In this document: piece after piece, positions 55,801 to 64,000 of the stretch
How the letters are laid out: the number at the start of each line of letters is the position of its first letter
Numbering within the stretch: the first letter of the stretch is position 1
Assembly: GCA_046595995.1 (NCBI GenBank)
Contig: JBKJNB010000160.1
Location: forward strand, 2,032-66,031
DNA length: 64,000 nucleotides
Origin: Candidatus Kapaibacteriota bacterium
GTDB lineage: Bacteria; Bacteroidota; Ignavibacteria; Kapaibacteriales; Kapaibacteriaceae
Direction of reading: 5' to 3'
Made by a program: the position numbers and the translations under genes
The notes under the pieces: model-generated
What the model was told of the DNA's origin: nothing
Seen by the model: the letters and a program-made list of their open reading frames with translations, nothing else
Database searches by the model: none

Positions 55801-56098
55801 GCTGCTTCTCTACGGCAAGTTCAACCGGAAGCCCGTGGGTATCCCAGCCTGCCTTGCGACGTACGTAGAATCCGCGCATCGTCTTGTATCGGCACATCGC
55901 GTCTTTAATCGTACGTGAAAACGCATGGTGAATACCCGGACTGCCGTTGACGGTGGGTGGTCCTTCGTTGAACGAAAAGCGCTTTGCGCCTTCGCGAGCA
56001 TTCAGCGACGCCGCGAAAACGTTGTTGCGTTCCCAGTACTCAAGAATCTCTTGTTCGTGTCGGGGATAGGAGAAATCGTCCGGAAGCGGTTCAAACAT
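52814..56098 (-). CDS. ileS: isoleucyl-tRNA synthetase (type 2, long form)
   Basis: 1094 aa. HIGH-type motif (PTVNGSPGIHHAF), KMSKS (LKMSKSRGN), and editing domain. Confidence 0.92.
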   Translation of the reverse strand: MFEPLPDDFSYPRHEQEILEYWERNNVFAASLNAREGAKRFSFNEGPPTVNGSPGIHHAFSRTIKDAMCRYKTMRGFYVRRKAGWDTHGLPVELAVEKQLGITDKAQIEVLGVDKFNAACRALVDYNIAHDTGWRTLTRRMGYWLDMDDPYITCSNDYVESVWWALKQFFEKGLIYKGFKVVPQSPTLGTPLSSHELSLNYKDVRDPNVYLKLRITSSPVKGLAANGASILVWTTTPWTLFGNVALAVGPDISYVLVRNTRTINEAPVEAMVVLAESRLEILDGEVEIVERFLGADLVGTVYEQIFPDVELDAATYPNVLHVLPGAFVSTTDGTGVVHLAPAFGQDDFEMSKLYNLPIVQPVNQNGRFTDAIKAYAGRGVKTFTYPDQSANGTRVEEGADRDIVKALKIGGKAYKAAFDYLHSYPHCWRTDNPVIYYARDSWFIKSPEYKDELVALNKTIAWHPEEIGAGRFGNWLEDVKEWSLSRDRYWGTPLPIWVSEDGSDMFAVGSVDELKKGLYEHDDGSRVPVENLLDAVDLHRPFVDRVVFVRNGVEYRRTKEVIDAWFDSGSMPFAQFHYPFENEELFKKSFPADFIAEGIDQTRGWFYTMHNISTALFDQPAYRHVVVNDMLLDKHGLKMSKSRGNMLDPFVLFDKYGADAIRWYLMAAAPAWKPRNFNEDDVAKTVIADLFRSFVNTYGFFALYAGIDGFTGNEPIVPIDERPEIDHWILSRLNTTIGAYTESMDGYDITRACRLVQDFVIEDVSNWYVRRNRRRFWKGEMDEDKLAAYQTLRDVILVVAEMMAPVAPFLSEQIFLRMRLHQEHLSIHCIILREPEESLINSDLEYRMKQAQTIVFLARSLREKSKIKTRQPLRRILLPVDSPATRRKIQTVEEIILEEINVKAIEYVSDDTNIVQRSTKPNFKIIGKKYGDKTQLVSQAIKSLGNEQVRKLEQSLVLEVNVGDEVVQIDLEDVEIVSQDIEGWLVASADGVTVALDTELDGVLIQEGLAREFVSKVQKFRKDSGFEVTDRIDITFAADDEMSEAMDVMRNSIVMETLADTLERGEGPFGTVLEINGRNVSVRIGRTGARASAS

Positions 56099-56154
56099 GA
56101 AGTGCAGTCGTAGTTACGAAACGTGGAAATTTACGGCGCGGCGCGTTGATATGC

Positions 56155-57840
56155 TTACGGTGCGGCGCGTTGATATGCGGCAATTCGCAGGATGAAGGTT
56201 GTGCCTTTACCGAGATGGCTGAATACTTCTATGCGTCCGTTGTGTGCGTCAACAATCCACTTCACGATTGAGAGACCGAGTCCAGAACCGAGCACGTCTT
56301 TCGAACGGGCCTTATCGACCTGAAAGAAACGGTCGAAGATGAAGGGCAATTCACCTGCAGGTATTCCTATGCCTGTATCGCTCACCGTAAGCACCGCCTC
56401 GGAGTCTTCGCTGTTGTACTCTAACCGAACATGCACGTCGCCACCTTCTCGCGTGTACTTCACAGCATTCTCGATAATGTTCAGTAATGCCTGCTGCATG
56501 CGAACGGTATCGCCCATGATCATTAGGCCAGGCGCGATGGCTGTGGCGATCTCGATACGTTTTTTGTCCGCAAGAATCATAACGTCGTCGCACACGTTTT
56601 CGACCAGTGTGCTGAAGCGCACTTCTTCGAGCTGAAGTATTACCTGTCCGGACTCTGCGCGTGAAAGCTCGAGCAGCCCCTGCACAACTTGATTGAGGCG
56701 TTCAACTTCTTCGAGACAGCTTTCGAGAACCTTGCGTGCGTCGTCTGATGTTAGGGGTCTGCGTAGTGCCAGCTCCAACTCCCCCATCATAATGGCAAGC
56801 GGTGTGCGCAGTTCGTGCGAAGCATCGGAGGTGAATTGTCGGATTTGAGAAAACGACTTCTCGAGCCGTGCAATCATGTCGTTAACGGTTTCGGTAAGGC
56901 GTCCGAGCTCATCATCGGTCACTGGTTTTGGCAGTCTCAGGGTCAGATTCTGCGCGGTGATCTGCCGTGCTGAGGAAGTAATCTCATCGACGGGACGTAG
57001 CGAGCGCTTAGCAAGAAACCAGCCCGAGAGCAACGAGACGAGGAGAGCGGCCGGCAATGACCAGAGCATGACGGAGAAGAGACCACGTAACGTGCTATCG
57101 ACTTCGCTTGCGGGGTACGCAGCCAAGACTTCGGCCGCAGTGCCACGCAGGAGCACGATGCGATAGCGCTGACCATCGAGTGTGTAATACGTGTAGATAC
57201 GATTGTCGACGACGGTTGTACCCTGACGTTCGAAGTAGGCAAAGCCAGGCAGTACCTTTTCGGCCGTCGTTAAGGTGTCAGTAACAGCATAGTTCGACTT
57301 CCACGCCAGTTTGCCCGATCCGTCGCGGACCTGAAAAAGAAAGCTCGATGAGTTCAGAAGCATGTGCTCGTACACCGCAGACCACACAGGATCCTCTTCG
57401 CCACCCGTGCCTTCGATTGGCATGATTGGTCCGATAAACCGTGAGGACTCTCGGTTGAGAAATTCGAAGGCGTCTTTACTTGCCGCCGGACGTCGTTCGC
57501 GCCGAGCGGGAGTAAGCGGACGTTTCGCTTGCTTTTGCTGCTGACGGATGACGGCTTCTAGCGAAGTCGCGGCACGAGACAGCGATGCGTCGAGGTTCTG
57601 GTAGAGCTCAGACGACACCGTCACATAGGTGCCAATGGCGAAGGCAACGACGATAAGCACGACAAGCGTGCTATACATAAGAGTGAGGCGAGCGCGAAGC
57701 GACAAGGGCATTGGTGAAAATAGCCCCCTATATTTGATAATGACGAATGACACGCGACCCATCGGGGTCTTTGATTCGGGTATAGGCGGCCTTAGCGTCC
57801 TAAAGCATCTGGTACAGATGCTTCCACATGAGCGGTTCAT
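56155..57840 (-). CDS. sensor histidine kinase (HAMP + HisKA + HATPase_c); the true start is probably the internal ATG at 57711 (MPLSL) or 57762
   Basis: Two TM segments, H-box DASHELRTPL, N-box ...NIIENAVKYT..., and G-boxes VSDTGIGIP / GSGLGLSIVKWIV. Confidence 0.75.
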   Translation of the reverse strand: MNRSCGSICTRCFRTLRPPIPESKTPMGRVSFVIIKYRGLFSPMPLSLRARLTLMYSTLVVLIVVAFAIGTYVTVSSELYQNLDASLSRAATSLEAVIRQQQKQAKRPLTPARRERRPAASKDAFEFLNRESSRFIGPIMPIEGTGGEEDPVWSAVYEHMLLNSSSFLFQVRDGSGKLAWKSNYAVTDTLTTAEKVLPGFAYFERQGTTVVDNRIYTYYTLDGQRYRIVLLRGTAAEVLAAYPASEVDSTLRGLFSVMLWSLPAALLVSLLSGWFLAKRSLRPVDEITSSARQITAQNLTLRLPKPVTDDELGRLTETVNDMIARLEKSFSQIRQFTSDASHELRTPLAIMMGELELALRRPLTSDDARKVLESCLEEVERLNQVVQGLLELSRAESGQVILQLEEVRFSTLVENVCDDVMILADKKRIEIATAIAPGLMIMGDTVRMQQALLNIIENAVKYTREGGDVHVRLEYNSEDSEAVLTVSDTGIGIPAGELPFIFDRFFQVDKARSKDVLGSGLGLSIVKWIVDAHNGRIEVFSHLGKGTTFILRIAAYQRAAP

Positions 57841-58579
57841 CTACCTTGGTGATACGGCTCGCGTGCCATATGGCAATCGGTCGGTGGAGACAGTTCGGCT
57901 GTATTCGCGTCAGTGCGCTACATTCCTCGAACAGCACGATGTGAAAATGATTGTTGTTGCGTGCAATACGGCATCGGCCGTCGCGCTCGATGTGCTACGC
58001 GAGCACAGCACGGTACCCATCCTTGGCGTTATCGAACATGCTGCTGCAGAGGCGGTACGACGCACGCGCAACGGACACATCGGCGTTATCGGCACGCGCG
58101 CCACCATTGCGTCAAATGCGTACGCTACGTCTATTACACATGCAGCAAACGCCATGAACACAAATGCGGCTGGCACGAAGAACGTTTTTGTGCATAGTCA
58201 GCCGTGCCCCCTGTTCGTGCCCCTTGTCGAAGAAGGCTGGTTAGATACGCCAGCTACACGACTGATTGCTGAAGAGTATCTTCGTCCACTCATTGCAAAT
58301 GGTATCGACACACTTGTACTTGGTTGTACGCACTACCCTTTACTCTCACCTATGCTTGCACGTATGCTGCCCGACGTAACATTAATCGATTGTGGTGAGG
58401 CTGCAGCTCATGAAGCAGCGCAGCAGCTCGATGCGCCGACTGACGCAGCACAACAGTCGCAGACGTATTTCTATCTGACAGATAACACGCCCCAGTTTCA
58501 ACTTCTCGCTCGGCAGTTTCTCGGAACCACCGTCAACGAGCCCGTTCGTGTAAGTGTCGATCATCTCATCGGAGTCTAA
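57740..58579 (+). CDS. murI: glutamate racemase
   Basis: MTNDTRPIGVFDSGIGGLSVL at the ATG at 57740 and a second catalytic Cys region ...LVLGCTHYPLL.... The track start at 57629 is an upstream extension. Confidence 0.85.
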   Translation: MTNDTRPIGVFDSGIGGLSVLKHLVQMLPHERFIYLGDTARVPYGNRSVETVRLYSRQCATFLEQHDVKMIVVACNTASAVALDVLREHSTVPILGVIEHAAAEAVRRTRNGHIGVIGTRATIASNAYATSITHAANAMNTNAAGTKNVFVHSQPCPLFVPLVEEGWLDTPATRLIAEEYLRPLIANGIDTLVLGCTHYPLLSPMLARMLPDVTLIDCGEAAAHEAAQQLDAPTDAAQQSQTYFYLTDNTPQFQLLARQFLGTTVNEPVRVSVDHLIGV

Positions 58580-58582
58580 TGC

Positions 58583-59503
58583 ATGGCTACGTATCTCTTA
58601 CGGAAGGTGCTGTATGCAATCCTCGTCCTCGTGGGCGTAATTGCCGTCACGTTCTTCATACGTCCTCCGGGCGACCCAGCCCGCGTATTGCTTGGGCAGC
58701 GTGCCGATGAGGCTTCGCTACGTGCGTTGCGCGAACAGCTCGGACTCGACAAGCCGTTGCCCGTGCAGATGGGCTACTATATGGTAAACCTGGCTCAAGG
58801 CGACATGGGTCGCAGCATTGCGACCGGCCGCTCAGTAACCGAGACCATCATAGAGCGGTTGCCTGCGACCGCTTTACTTGCATGCACATCAATGGCAATC
58901 GCGACCCTCCTTGGAATCGTGTTGGGTTTGATTGCGGCTTGGAAACCGAACTCATGGACGGATACATTAACGATGTCGATGTCGCTGCTTGGCATTTCAT
59001 TGCCGGCGTTTGTTGTCGGCCTACTGCTCGTATTACTCTTCGGCGTAATGCTCGAATGGTTTCCGAACAGTGGCTACGTCGATCGTGGTGCCGAATACCT
59101 TGTACTGCCGATGATCACCCTCGCTATACGTCCGATGGCCATTATTGCGCGCGTAACGCGTTCGAGTATGCTCGACGTTCTCGGACAGGATTATGTCCGC
59201 ACGGCCCGTGCGAAAGGCCTGAACGACTTCACCGTCTACACGAAGCACGCTCTTCGCAACGCGTTGAATCCGGTGGTGACGACGGTGAGTGCATGGTTCG
59301 CCGGACTGCTTGCAGGGACGTACTTCATCGAATACATCTTCAGTTGGCCAGGCGTCGGTCTTACGGCATTCAACGCGATTGAAAAACTCGACTTCCCTGT
59401 CATTCAAGGCACCGTTCTTCTTACGGCAATTGTGTTTGTTGTCGTGAACGTGTTTGCCGATCTCCTCTATGCCTACATCGACCCCAAGGTCCGTCTTAAC
59501 TAA
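58583..59503 (+). CDS. ABC transporter permease (OppB/DppB-like)
   Basis: Six TM segments and the EAA-loop signature ...YVRTARAKGLNDFTVYTKHALRNALNPVV.... Confidence 0.8.
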   Translation: MATYLLRKVLYAILVLVGVIAVTFFIRPPGDPARVLLGQRADEASLRALREQLGLDKPLPVQMGYYMVNLAQGDMGRSIATGRSVTETIIERLPATALLACTSMAIATLLGIVLGLIAAWKPNSWTDTLTMSMSLLGISLPAFVVGLLLVLLFGVMLEWFPNSGYVDRGAEYLVLPMITLAIRPMAIIARVTRSSMLDVLGQDYVRTARAKGLNDFTVYTKHALRNALNPVVTTVSAWFAGLLAGTYFIEYIFSWPGVGLTAFNAIEKLDFPVIQGTVLLTAIVFVVVNVFADLLYAYIDPKVRLN

Positions 59504-59511
59504 GGAAACCC

Positions 59512-60573
59512 ATGAGCAAGACTGTTAAGGGGCACGAAGGGGGCGAAAGCCTGTGGGGAATTGCATGGCGTAGACTTCGCAAGAATCCAGGTGCTGTGTT
59601 TGGTATGAGTGTTCTTGTTGTGATGATTGTTATGGCAATTGCCGCACCGTTCATCACGCCGTTCGATCCAACAACGCAGATTCTAGAGTACGCAGTAAAG
59701 CCCGCGGGCTTTCGCGGTAGCGTTCTGCTGAAAAAGAATCCTTCGGATGAGCGCCAACCATCGATTCTTGCGGTGGCCACGTGGGAGCAGCGCGGTGACA
59801 CTGTGTTCTACACAGACCCAGCGGGTCAGCCGTACAAGGTTGCCGTATCGTCATTACATGGCAACAGCGCCGATGACTGGTTCGAGGAACCGCTGTTTTT
59901 ACTCGGTACCGATCGTTTCGGACGCGACATGTTTAGTCGCCTTGTTTACGGTATGCGCGTTTCATTGAGCGTCGGTCTGATAGCGGAATCGATTGCACTC
60001 TCTATCGGGATTCTGCTTGGGTCGATGGCCGGTTTTTTTAGAGGTTGGATCGATGACGTCATCATGTGGCTCGTAAACGTTGTATGGTCTTTCCCTACCA
60101 TTCTCCTTGTCATCGCATTCAGCGTCATTCTGGGCAAAGGGTATTGGCAGACATTCGTTGCCATTGGTCTGTCCTCTTGGGTAGACATTGCACGTATCGT
60201 TCGCGGCCAGTTCTTCTCGATCCGTGAGCAGGAATATGTAGAGGCCACACGCGCGCTCGGCTTCGGGTCGATGCGCACAATCTTCAGACACATGTTGCCG
60301 AATGCGGCCGGACCAATCATTGTTCTGTCGACTGCGGGCTTTGCAACGGCAATCATTGCAGAAGCCTCGCTCAGCTTTATTGGCCTTGGTGTTCAGCCCC
60401 CTACCCCATCGTGGGGTCAGATGATCAAAGACGGCTACGGATACATAGCGCTAGGCACGAACTGGGGTATGACTGTCTTTCCAAGTATTGCAATGGCTCT
60501 TGCAGTGTTGGCACTAAATCTGTTTGGTGATGGATTACGCGATGCTCTCGATCCGAAAACAACGCAGCGATGA
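59512..60573 (+). CDS. ABC transporter permease (OppC/DppC-like)
   Basis: EAA-loop signature ...EYVEATRALGFGSMRTIFRHMLPNA... and N-terminal TM topology typical of DppC. Confidence 0.8.
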   Translation: MSKTVKGHEGGESLWGIAWRRLRKNPGAVFGMSVLVVMIVMAIAAPFITPFDPTTQILEYAVKPAGFRGSVLLKKNPSDERQPSILAVATWEQRGDTVFYTDPAGQPYKVAVSSLHGNSADDWFEEPLFLLGTDRFGRDMFSRLVYGMRVSLSVGLIAESIALSIGILLGSMAGFFRGWIDDVIMWLVNVVWSFPTILLVIAFSVILGKGYWQTFVAIGLSSWVDIARIVRGQFFSIREQEYVEATRALGFGSMRTIFRHMLPNAAGPIIVLSTAGFATAIIAEASLSFIGLGVQPPTPSWGQMIKDGYGYIALGTNWGMTVFPSIAMALAVLALNLFGDGLRDALDPKTTQR

Positions 60574-61631
60574 TCGATGATCTTATTAAGTCGGGCAAGT
60601 ATCCACCGGTACTCCTACTGTTCGGTGAAGAAGAACTCCTCGTAGACGAAGCCGCAAGACGGCTTTTCGCTGCGGCTTCGGCCGACGATGTCAGTGGCAT
60701 GAACAGCGACACGCTCGATGGCGAAGGCGCCTCGCTCGACTCTGTGCTTACCATTGCTCGATCATACCCAATGATGGGTGAACGACGTGTTGTTTGGGTG
60801 CGCCGTTTCGACAAGGCAACAGGTGCCAAAGACAAAAAAGGCAACGACGTGATGGCCGCATACCTAGCATCGCCTTCGACGTCGACGTTTCTTCTGCTTA
60901 CAGCAGCGCTTCCAAGTCTCGACGGACTTCAAGCATCGATGCAGAAAAGCGCTGCAACATCACAGCGAAAGATCGCATCGCAGAAGCCCCCTATCGGCGC
61001 CTTACTCAAACATGCTCTATGGCACGAGTTTCCGCGCATGCGTGAAGCACAGGTGCGCGTATGGGTGCGCACACGAGCAAAGACCATTGGGATGACCATT
61101 GATGATGCTACAATTGACTTTCTGTTGCTTCGATGTGGCACCCAACTGCGTGACCTGGCACTGGAGCTCGACAAACTTTTAACCTACGCGGGCGATAGAC
61201 ACGACGTAACACTAGACGACGTAAACGCTGTCGTCGGTGCAGGTAAGACCTACAACATCTTCGAGCTTCAGCGCGCAATCGGTCGTGCTGATGTTGGCAG
61301 TGCGTACACCATTCTCACGCGTATGATGGAAGCCGAACGTCAAGAAATGCTCATTATAGCAATGCTTACTCGCTACTTCCTTTCGTTATACAAGCTCCTT
61401 GACCTGCGGGGCGTAACAGATCGCGGTGAGGTGGCAAAGCGTGCAGGCATTCCGCTGTTTGCAGTTGGCGATCACATGGAGGCCATCGATCGACTTGGCG
61501 GAGCACGCATCGAGCGTGCCCTCTTACTGCTTGTTCAAGCCGACGCCTCGATTAAGTCGTCGTCGGCTGACGCGCTAACAATCTTGCAGTCGGCACTTTC
61601 ACAAATGTTAGAACCAGCATCGGCGCGATAG
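60570..61631 (+). CDS. holA: DNA polymerase III delta subunit
   Basis: N-terminus ...PVLLLFGEEELLVDEAARRLF..., size 353 aa. Overlaps the upstream permease stop (ATGA). Confidence 0.6.
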   Translation: MIDDLIKSGKYPPVLLLFGEEELLVDEAARRLFAAASADDVSGMNSDTLDGEGASLDSVLTIARSYPMMGERRVVWVRRFDKATGAKDKKGNDVMAAYLASPSTSTFLLLTAALPSLDGLQASMQKSAATSQRKIASQKPPIGALLKHALWHEFPRMREAQVRVWVRTRAKTIGMTIDDATIDFLLLRCGTQLRDLALELDKLLTYAGDRHDVTLDDVNAVVGAGKTYNIFELQRAIGRADVGSAYTILTRMMEAERQEMLIIAMLTRYFLSLYKLLDLRGVTDRGEVAKRAGIPLFAVGDHMEAIDRLGGARIERALLLLVQADASIKSSSADALTILQSALSQMLEPASAR

Positions 61632-61650
61632 GTAGACGTATATTTGCAAC

Positions 61651-62019
61651 GTGAAGCAGCCTGCAATTGCCGAGCGTACGCCCGTGTGGTGCGCGCAAGA
61701 ACAACTCGATGCGTACAACGACCGTGACATTGATCGTTTTGTACGTGTGTATGACGATGACATCGAACTCATCGACCTAGCAACGCAAACTGCTTTCTGC
61801 CGAGGTCTCACTGAACTCCGCGAACGATACGGCGCGCTGTTTGCATCACGACCTCAACTTCATTGCACTCTAACACAACGAATGAACTGTCCCCCTTACG
61901 TCATAGACGAAGAACGTGTTGTTGGCCATAGCGGCGACACTCCCGTCCATGCCATTGCCATATACGAAGTGTACGACGGATTAATTAAGCGCGCGTGGTT
62001 CGTGAAGGAACGTGCATGA
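61651..62019 (+). CDS. small NTF2/SnoaL-like fold hypothetical protein
   Basis: 122 aa. ...WCAQEQLDAYNDRDIDRFVRVYDDDIEL... resembles the ketosteroid-isomerase/SnoaL-like opening (..AYN..D.D.F...Y..D....). Tentative. Confidence 0.35.
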   Translation: MKQPAIAERTPVWCAQEQLDAYNDRDIDRFVRVYDDDIELIDLATQTAFCRGLTELRERYGALFASRPQLHCTLTQRMNCPPYVIDEERVVGHSGDTPVHAIAIYEVYDGLIKRAWFVKERA

Positions 62020-62864
62020 ATGACCATGTGCCGATCTATGCAGACATGCATTGCCATACGACATGTTCAGACGGACGCCTTACGCCGTATGAACTGATCG
62101 ATAAGGCAGAGAAGGCCGGGCTTCAAGCGCTTGCAATCACCGACCACGATTGCATCGATGCACATCACATGCTTCTTGCCGATGGATACAACGGACCAGT
62201 GCGTGTAGTCACAGGCATTGAGATCTCCTGCTATGAGCATGGCCGCGAAGTGCACATGCTTGGCTACCACGTGCTTCCCGACAACAAACGTCTTGCAGAG
62301 CTTTCAAAGGAATTTCGATTGGACCGCGTTCGTCGCGCGCTTGAAATGGTCGATCGGCTGCAGCGCATTAACGTGAATGTCTCGTATGCAGAAATCGAGG
62401 ATGCCGCAGGTAAAGCGCCTATCGGCAGACCGCACGTGGCGAGTGTTCTGGTGCGTCGCGGCTTCGTGCCCACAATCCAGAAGGCATTCGACACATACCT
62501 CGATACCGGACGTCCGGGTTACGTTGCCCGTTCGCCATACGCCGTCAAGGACGCAGTCGATCTTATTCACGGTGCCGGCGGCGTGGCCTCGGTTGCACAT
62601 CCGTCAAAAACCTACACCGACCCGAGGCTCTTTCTAACGCTTATGGCGACTGGACTCGATGGTATCGAAGTTTATCATCCGTCTCATTGGCACGTTACGC
62701 GTGAGTATTATCGTGTACTCGCCCTGCAGCACGGCATGTTAATCACCGGCGGCTCAGACTATCACGGCACGCGCGATTACGACGAACGCAACTTCGGTGT
62801 GTTCGGAGTACCCACAGACATCTTTGAGGCCATCGAGCATCGTTCTAAGAGTAATCGCACATAG
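61995..62864 (+). CDS. PHP-domain phosphoesterase (TrpH/YciV-like)
   Basis: ADMHCHTTCSDGRLTPYELIDKAEKAGLQALAITDHD has the PHP His motif. Further His/Asp motifs downstream (GIEISCYEHGREVHMLGYH; SVAHP; GGSDYHG). Confidence 0.75.
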   Translation: MVREGTCMNDHVPIYADMHCHTTCSDGRLTPYELIDKAEKAGLQALAITDHDCIDAHHMLLADGYNGPVRVVTGIEISCYEHGREVHMLGYHVLPDNKRLAELSKEFRLDRVRRALEMVDRLQRINVNVSYAEIEDAAGKAPIGRPHVASVLVRRGFVPTIQKAFDTYLDTGRPGYVARSPYAVKDAVDLIHGAGGVASVAHPSKTYTDPRLFLTLMATGLDGIEVYHPSHWHVTREYYRVLALQHGMLITGGSDYHGTRDYDERNFGVFGVPTDIFEAIEHRSKSNRT

Positions 62865-62873
62865 GGGGCGTAT

Positions 62874-63365
62874 ATGAGTTCACCAGGCGCTGCGCGTTGG
62901 TCTGACAAGCCCGAGGGCAAACATCGTCGTATTGGCATCGTAGCTGCCACGTGGCACGATGACGTCGTTCAGAAACTCATCGAGGGCTGCCTCTCACAAT
63001 TGATTGATCTGGGCGTACACGAGAACGACATTGTTATCGTTCGTTGTCCTGGCACGTTCGAAGTTCCTCTTACTGTCTCGACAATGGCCACGTTTGGTAA
63101 ATACCATGCCGTCATTGCCCTAGGTGTTGTTATACGTGGCGAGACCGCTCATTTTGAATTCATTGCCGGTTCGACGGTTCAGGCATTACAAACCGTAGCC
63201 CTAGACACGAACGTTCCCTGTGTATTCGGCATTCTGACAGTCGACACGAAGGAACAGGCTTTGGAACGGGCAGGGGGCGTGCACGGGCACAAGGGGGCTG
63301 AAGCTGCTGAGACAGCGCTTAGAATGGCGGCAATTATAGAGGCTTTGACGAACACATCAGGATAA
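62874..63365 (+). CDS. ribH: 6,7-dimethyl-8-ribityllumazine synthase
   Basis: RIGIVAATWHDDVV...VRCPGTFEVPL...GVVIRGETAHFEFIA... is collinear with RibH. Confidence 0.9.
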   Translation: MSSPGAARWSDKPEGKHRRIGIVAATWHDDVVQKLIEGCLSQLIDLGVHENDIVIVRCPGTFEVPLTVSTMATFGKYHAVIALGVVIRGETAHFEFIAGSTVQALQTVALDTNVPCVFGILTVDTKEQALERAGGVHGHKGAEAAETALRMAAIIEALTNTSG

Positions 63366-63368
63366 TAC

Positions 63369-64000
63369 ATGTTGCATCGGAATCTGTTGAACCGCGCATC
63401 GGTTGTCTGCGTTTTTGTCCTTTCTACATGGACGCTCAGCGCTCAAACAGTGCAGGTCAGCGACTGGCGAACATTCTCCTCCATGCGCACTGTTATAGCA
63501 GCAGATGTGGATAGCAAAGGCCGAGTCTGGGCGGCAACGTCGGGTGGAGTCTTCGTTTACGACCCAATGATCGATTCTGTAAGAGAATTTCGAAACATCG
63601 ATGCTCTCGTATCACTGGACGTAACTGCCATTCTGTGCGACACTGCCAGGCAACGCGTTTTTGTTGGCTGTGGCGATGGTGCCCTGCACGTCGTTACAGA
63701 AGACTTCACGTGGTCGGTAGTCACAGACATTCGGCGCGCGACGCAGTATCCGCGACGCGGGATTGTAGACTTTGTTCTCGACGGTTCAACGTTGTTTATG
63801 GCTACTGGATTCGGCCTTGTTTCCTACGACGTAGACCGCAGTGTGTTTATCGAGACAGTTGATCGTATCGCTTCAATGGAAGCAAAGACTCCCGTGCATG
63901 GCATCGCACTCGTTCAAGATTCTATTTGGTTGGCGACGGACAGAGGGGTTGCTATTGCTGCGCGTAACGTACCCACGCTGCGCCTTCCGTCGGTATGGAC
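63369..64000 (+). CDS. secreted beta-propeller-like (Reg_prop-type repeat) protein, 5' part only; runs off the window
   Basis: ATG at 63369. Signal peptide MLHRNLLNRASVVCVFVLSTWTLSAQ, then repeated ...GRVWAATSGGVFVYD... / ...FVGCGDGALHVV... / ...LFMATGFGLVSYD... / ...IWLATDRGVAIA... blades. The frame is open to the end of the window. Not in the ORF track because it is unterminated. Confidence 0.5.
   Translation, partial: MLHRNLLNRASVVCVFVLSTWTLSAQTVQVSDWRTFSSMRTVIAADVDSKGRVWAATSGGVFVYDPMIDSVREFRNIDALVSLDVTAILCDTARQRVFVGCGDGALHVVTEDFTWSVVTDIRRATQYPRRGIVDFVLDGSTLFMATGFGLVSYDVDRSVFIETVDRIASMEAKTPVHGIALVQDSIWLATDRGVAIAARNVPTLRLPSVW

Overview
This 64 kb window is gene-dense chromosome with moderately high GC: about 60 protein-coding genes, one tRNA-Ser, and no rRNA, CRISPR array, transposase or integrase. 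Several markers point to an FCB-group bacterium (Bacteroidota / Rhodothermota-like). These are three proteins ending in T9SS C-terminal sorting domains, a type III glutamine synthetase (GlnN), a histone H1-like lysine/alanine repeat protein, and an ileS / DksA-TraR-like / lspA arrangement. Most of the window is housekeeping: mutS, hslO, pta-family, smpB, tyrS, aspS, ileS, topA, speA, fur, gmk, yicC, ribD, ribH, murI, mtgA, rluD, lspA, holA, two punA-like phosphorylases, 2-oxoacid dehydrogenase E1 genes, and an LPS-core glycosyltransferase cluster with two GT9 heptosyltransferases. The most unusual content is, first, a co-directional run encoding a TPR lipoprotein, a 933-aa secreted protein carrying 13 degenerate G-[ND]-D-x-Y repeats plus C-terminal HEAT repeats, and an NFACT (RqcH/FbpA-like, DUF814) protein. 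Second, a lone COG1373-type AAA ATPase (AAA_14 + DUF4143) sits in a lower-GC pocket directly behind an array of about 6.5 tandem 23-bp repeats that fills its promoter region. Third, a T9SS cargo gene has its signal peptide in a different reading frame. Fourth, a 38-bp tandem duplication at the mutS start creates a 13-codon uORF that ends in an ATGA overlap with the mutS start codon. Fifth, in-frame 21-bp repeats expand a loop of an AbgT transporter. Sixth, a histone H1-like gene and a lysine-rich H1-like tail on topoisomerase I lie in the same window. All product calls rest on motif recognition in the supplied translations, with no database searches run, so family names beyond the classic housekeeping enzymes are tentative.
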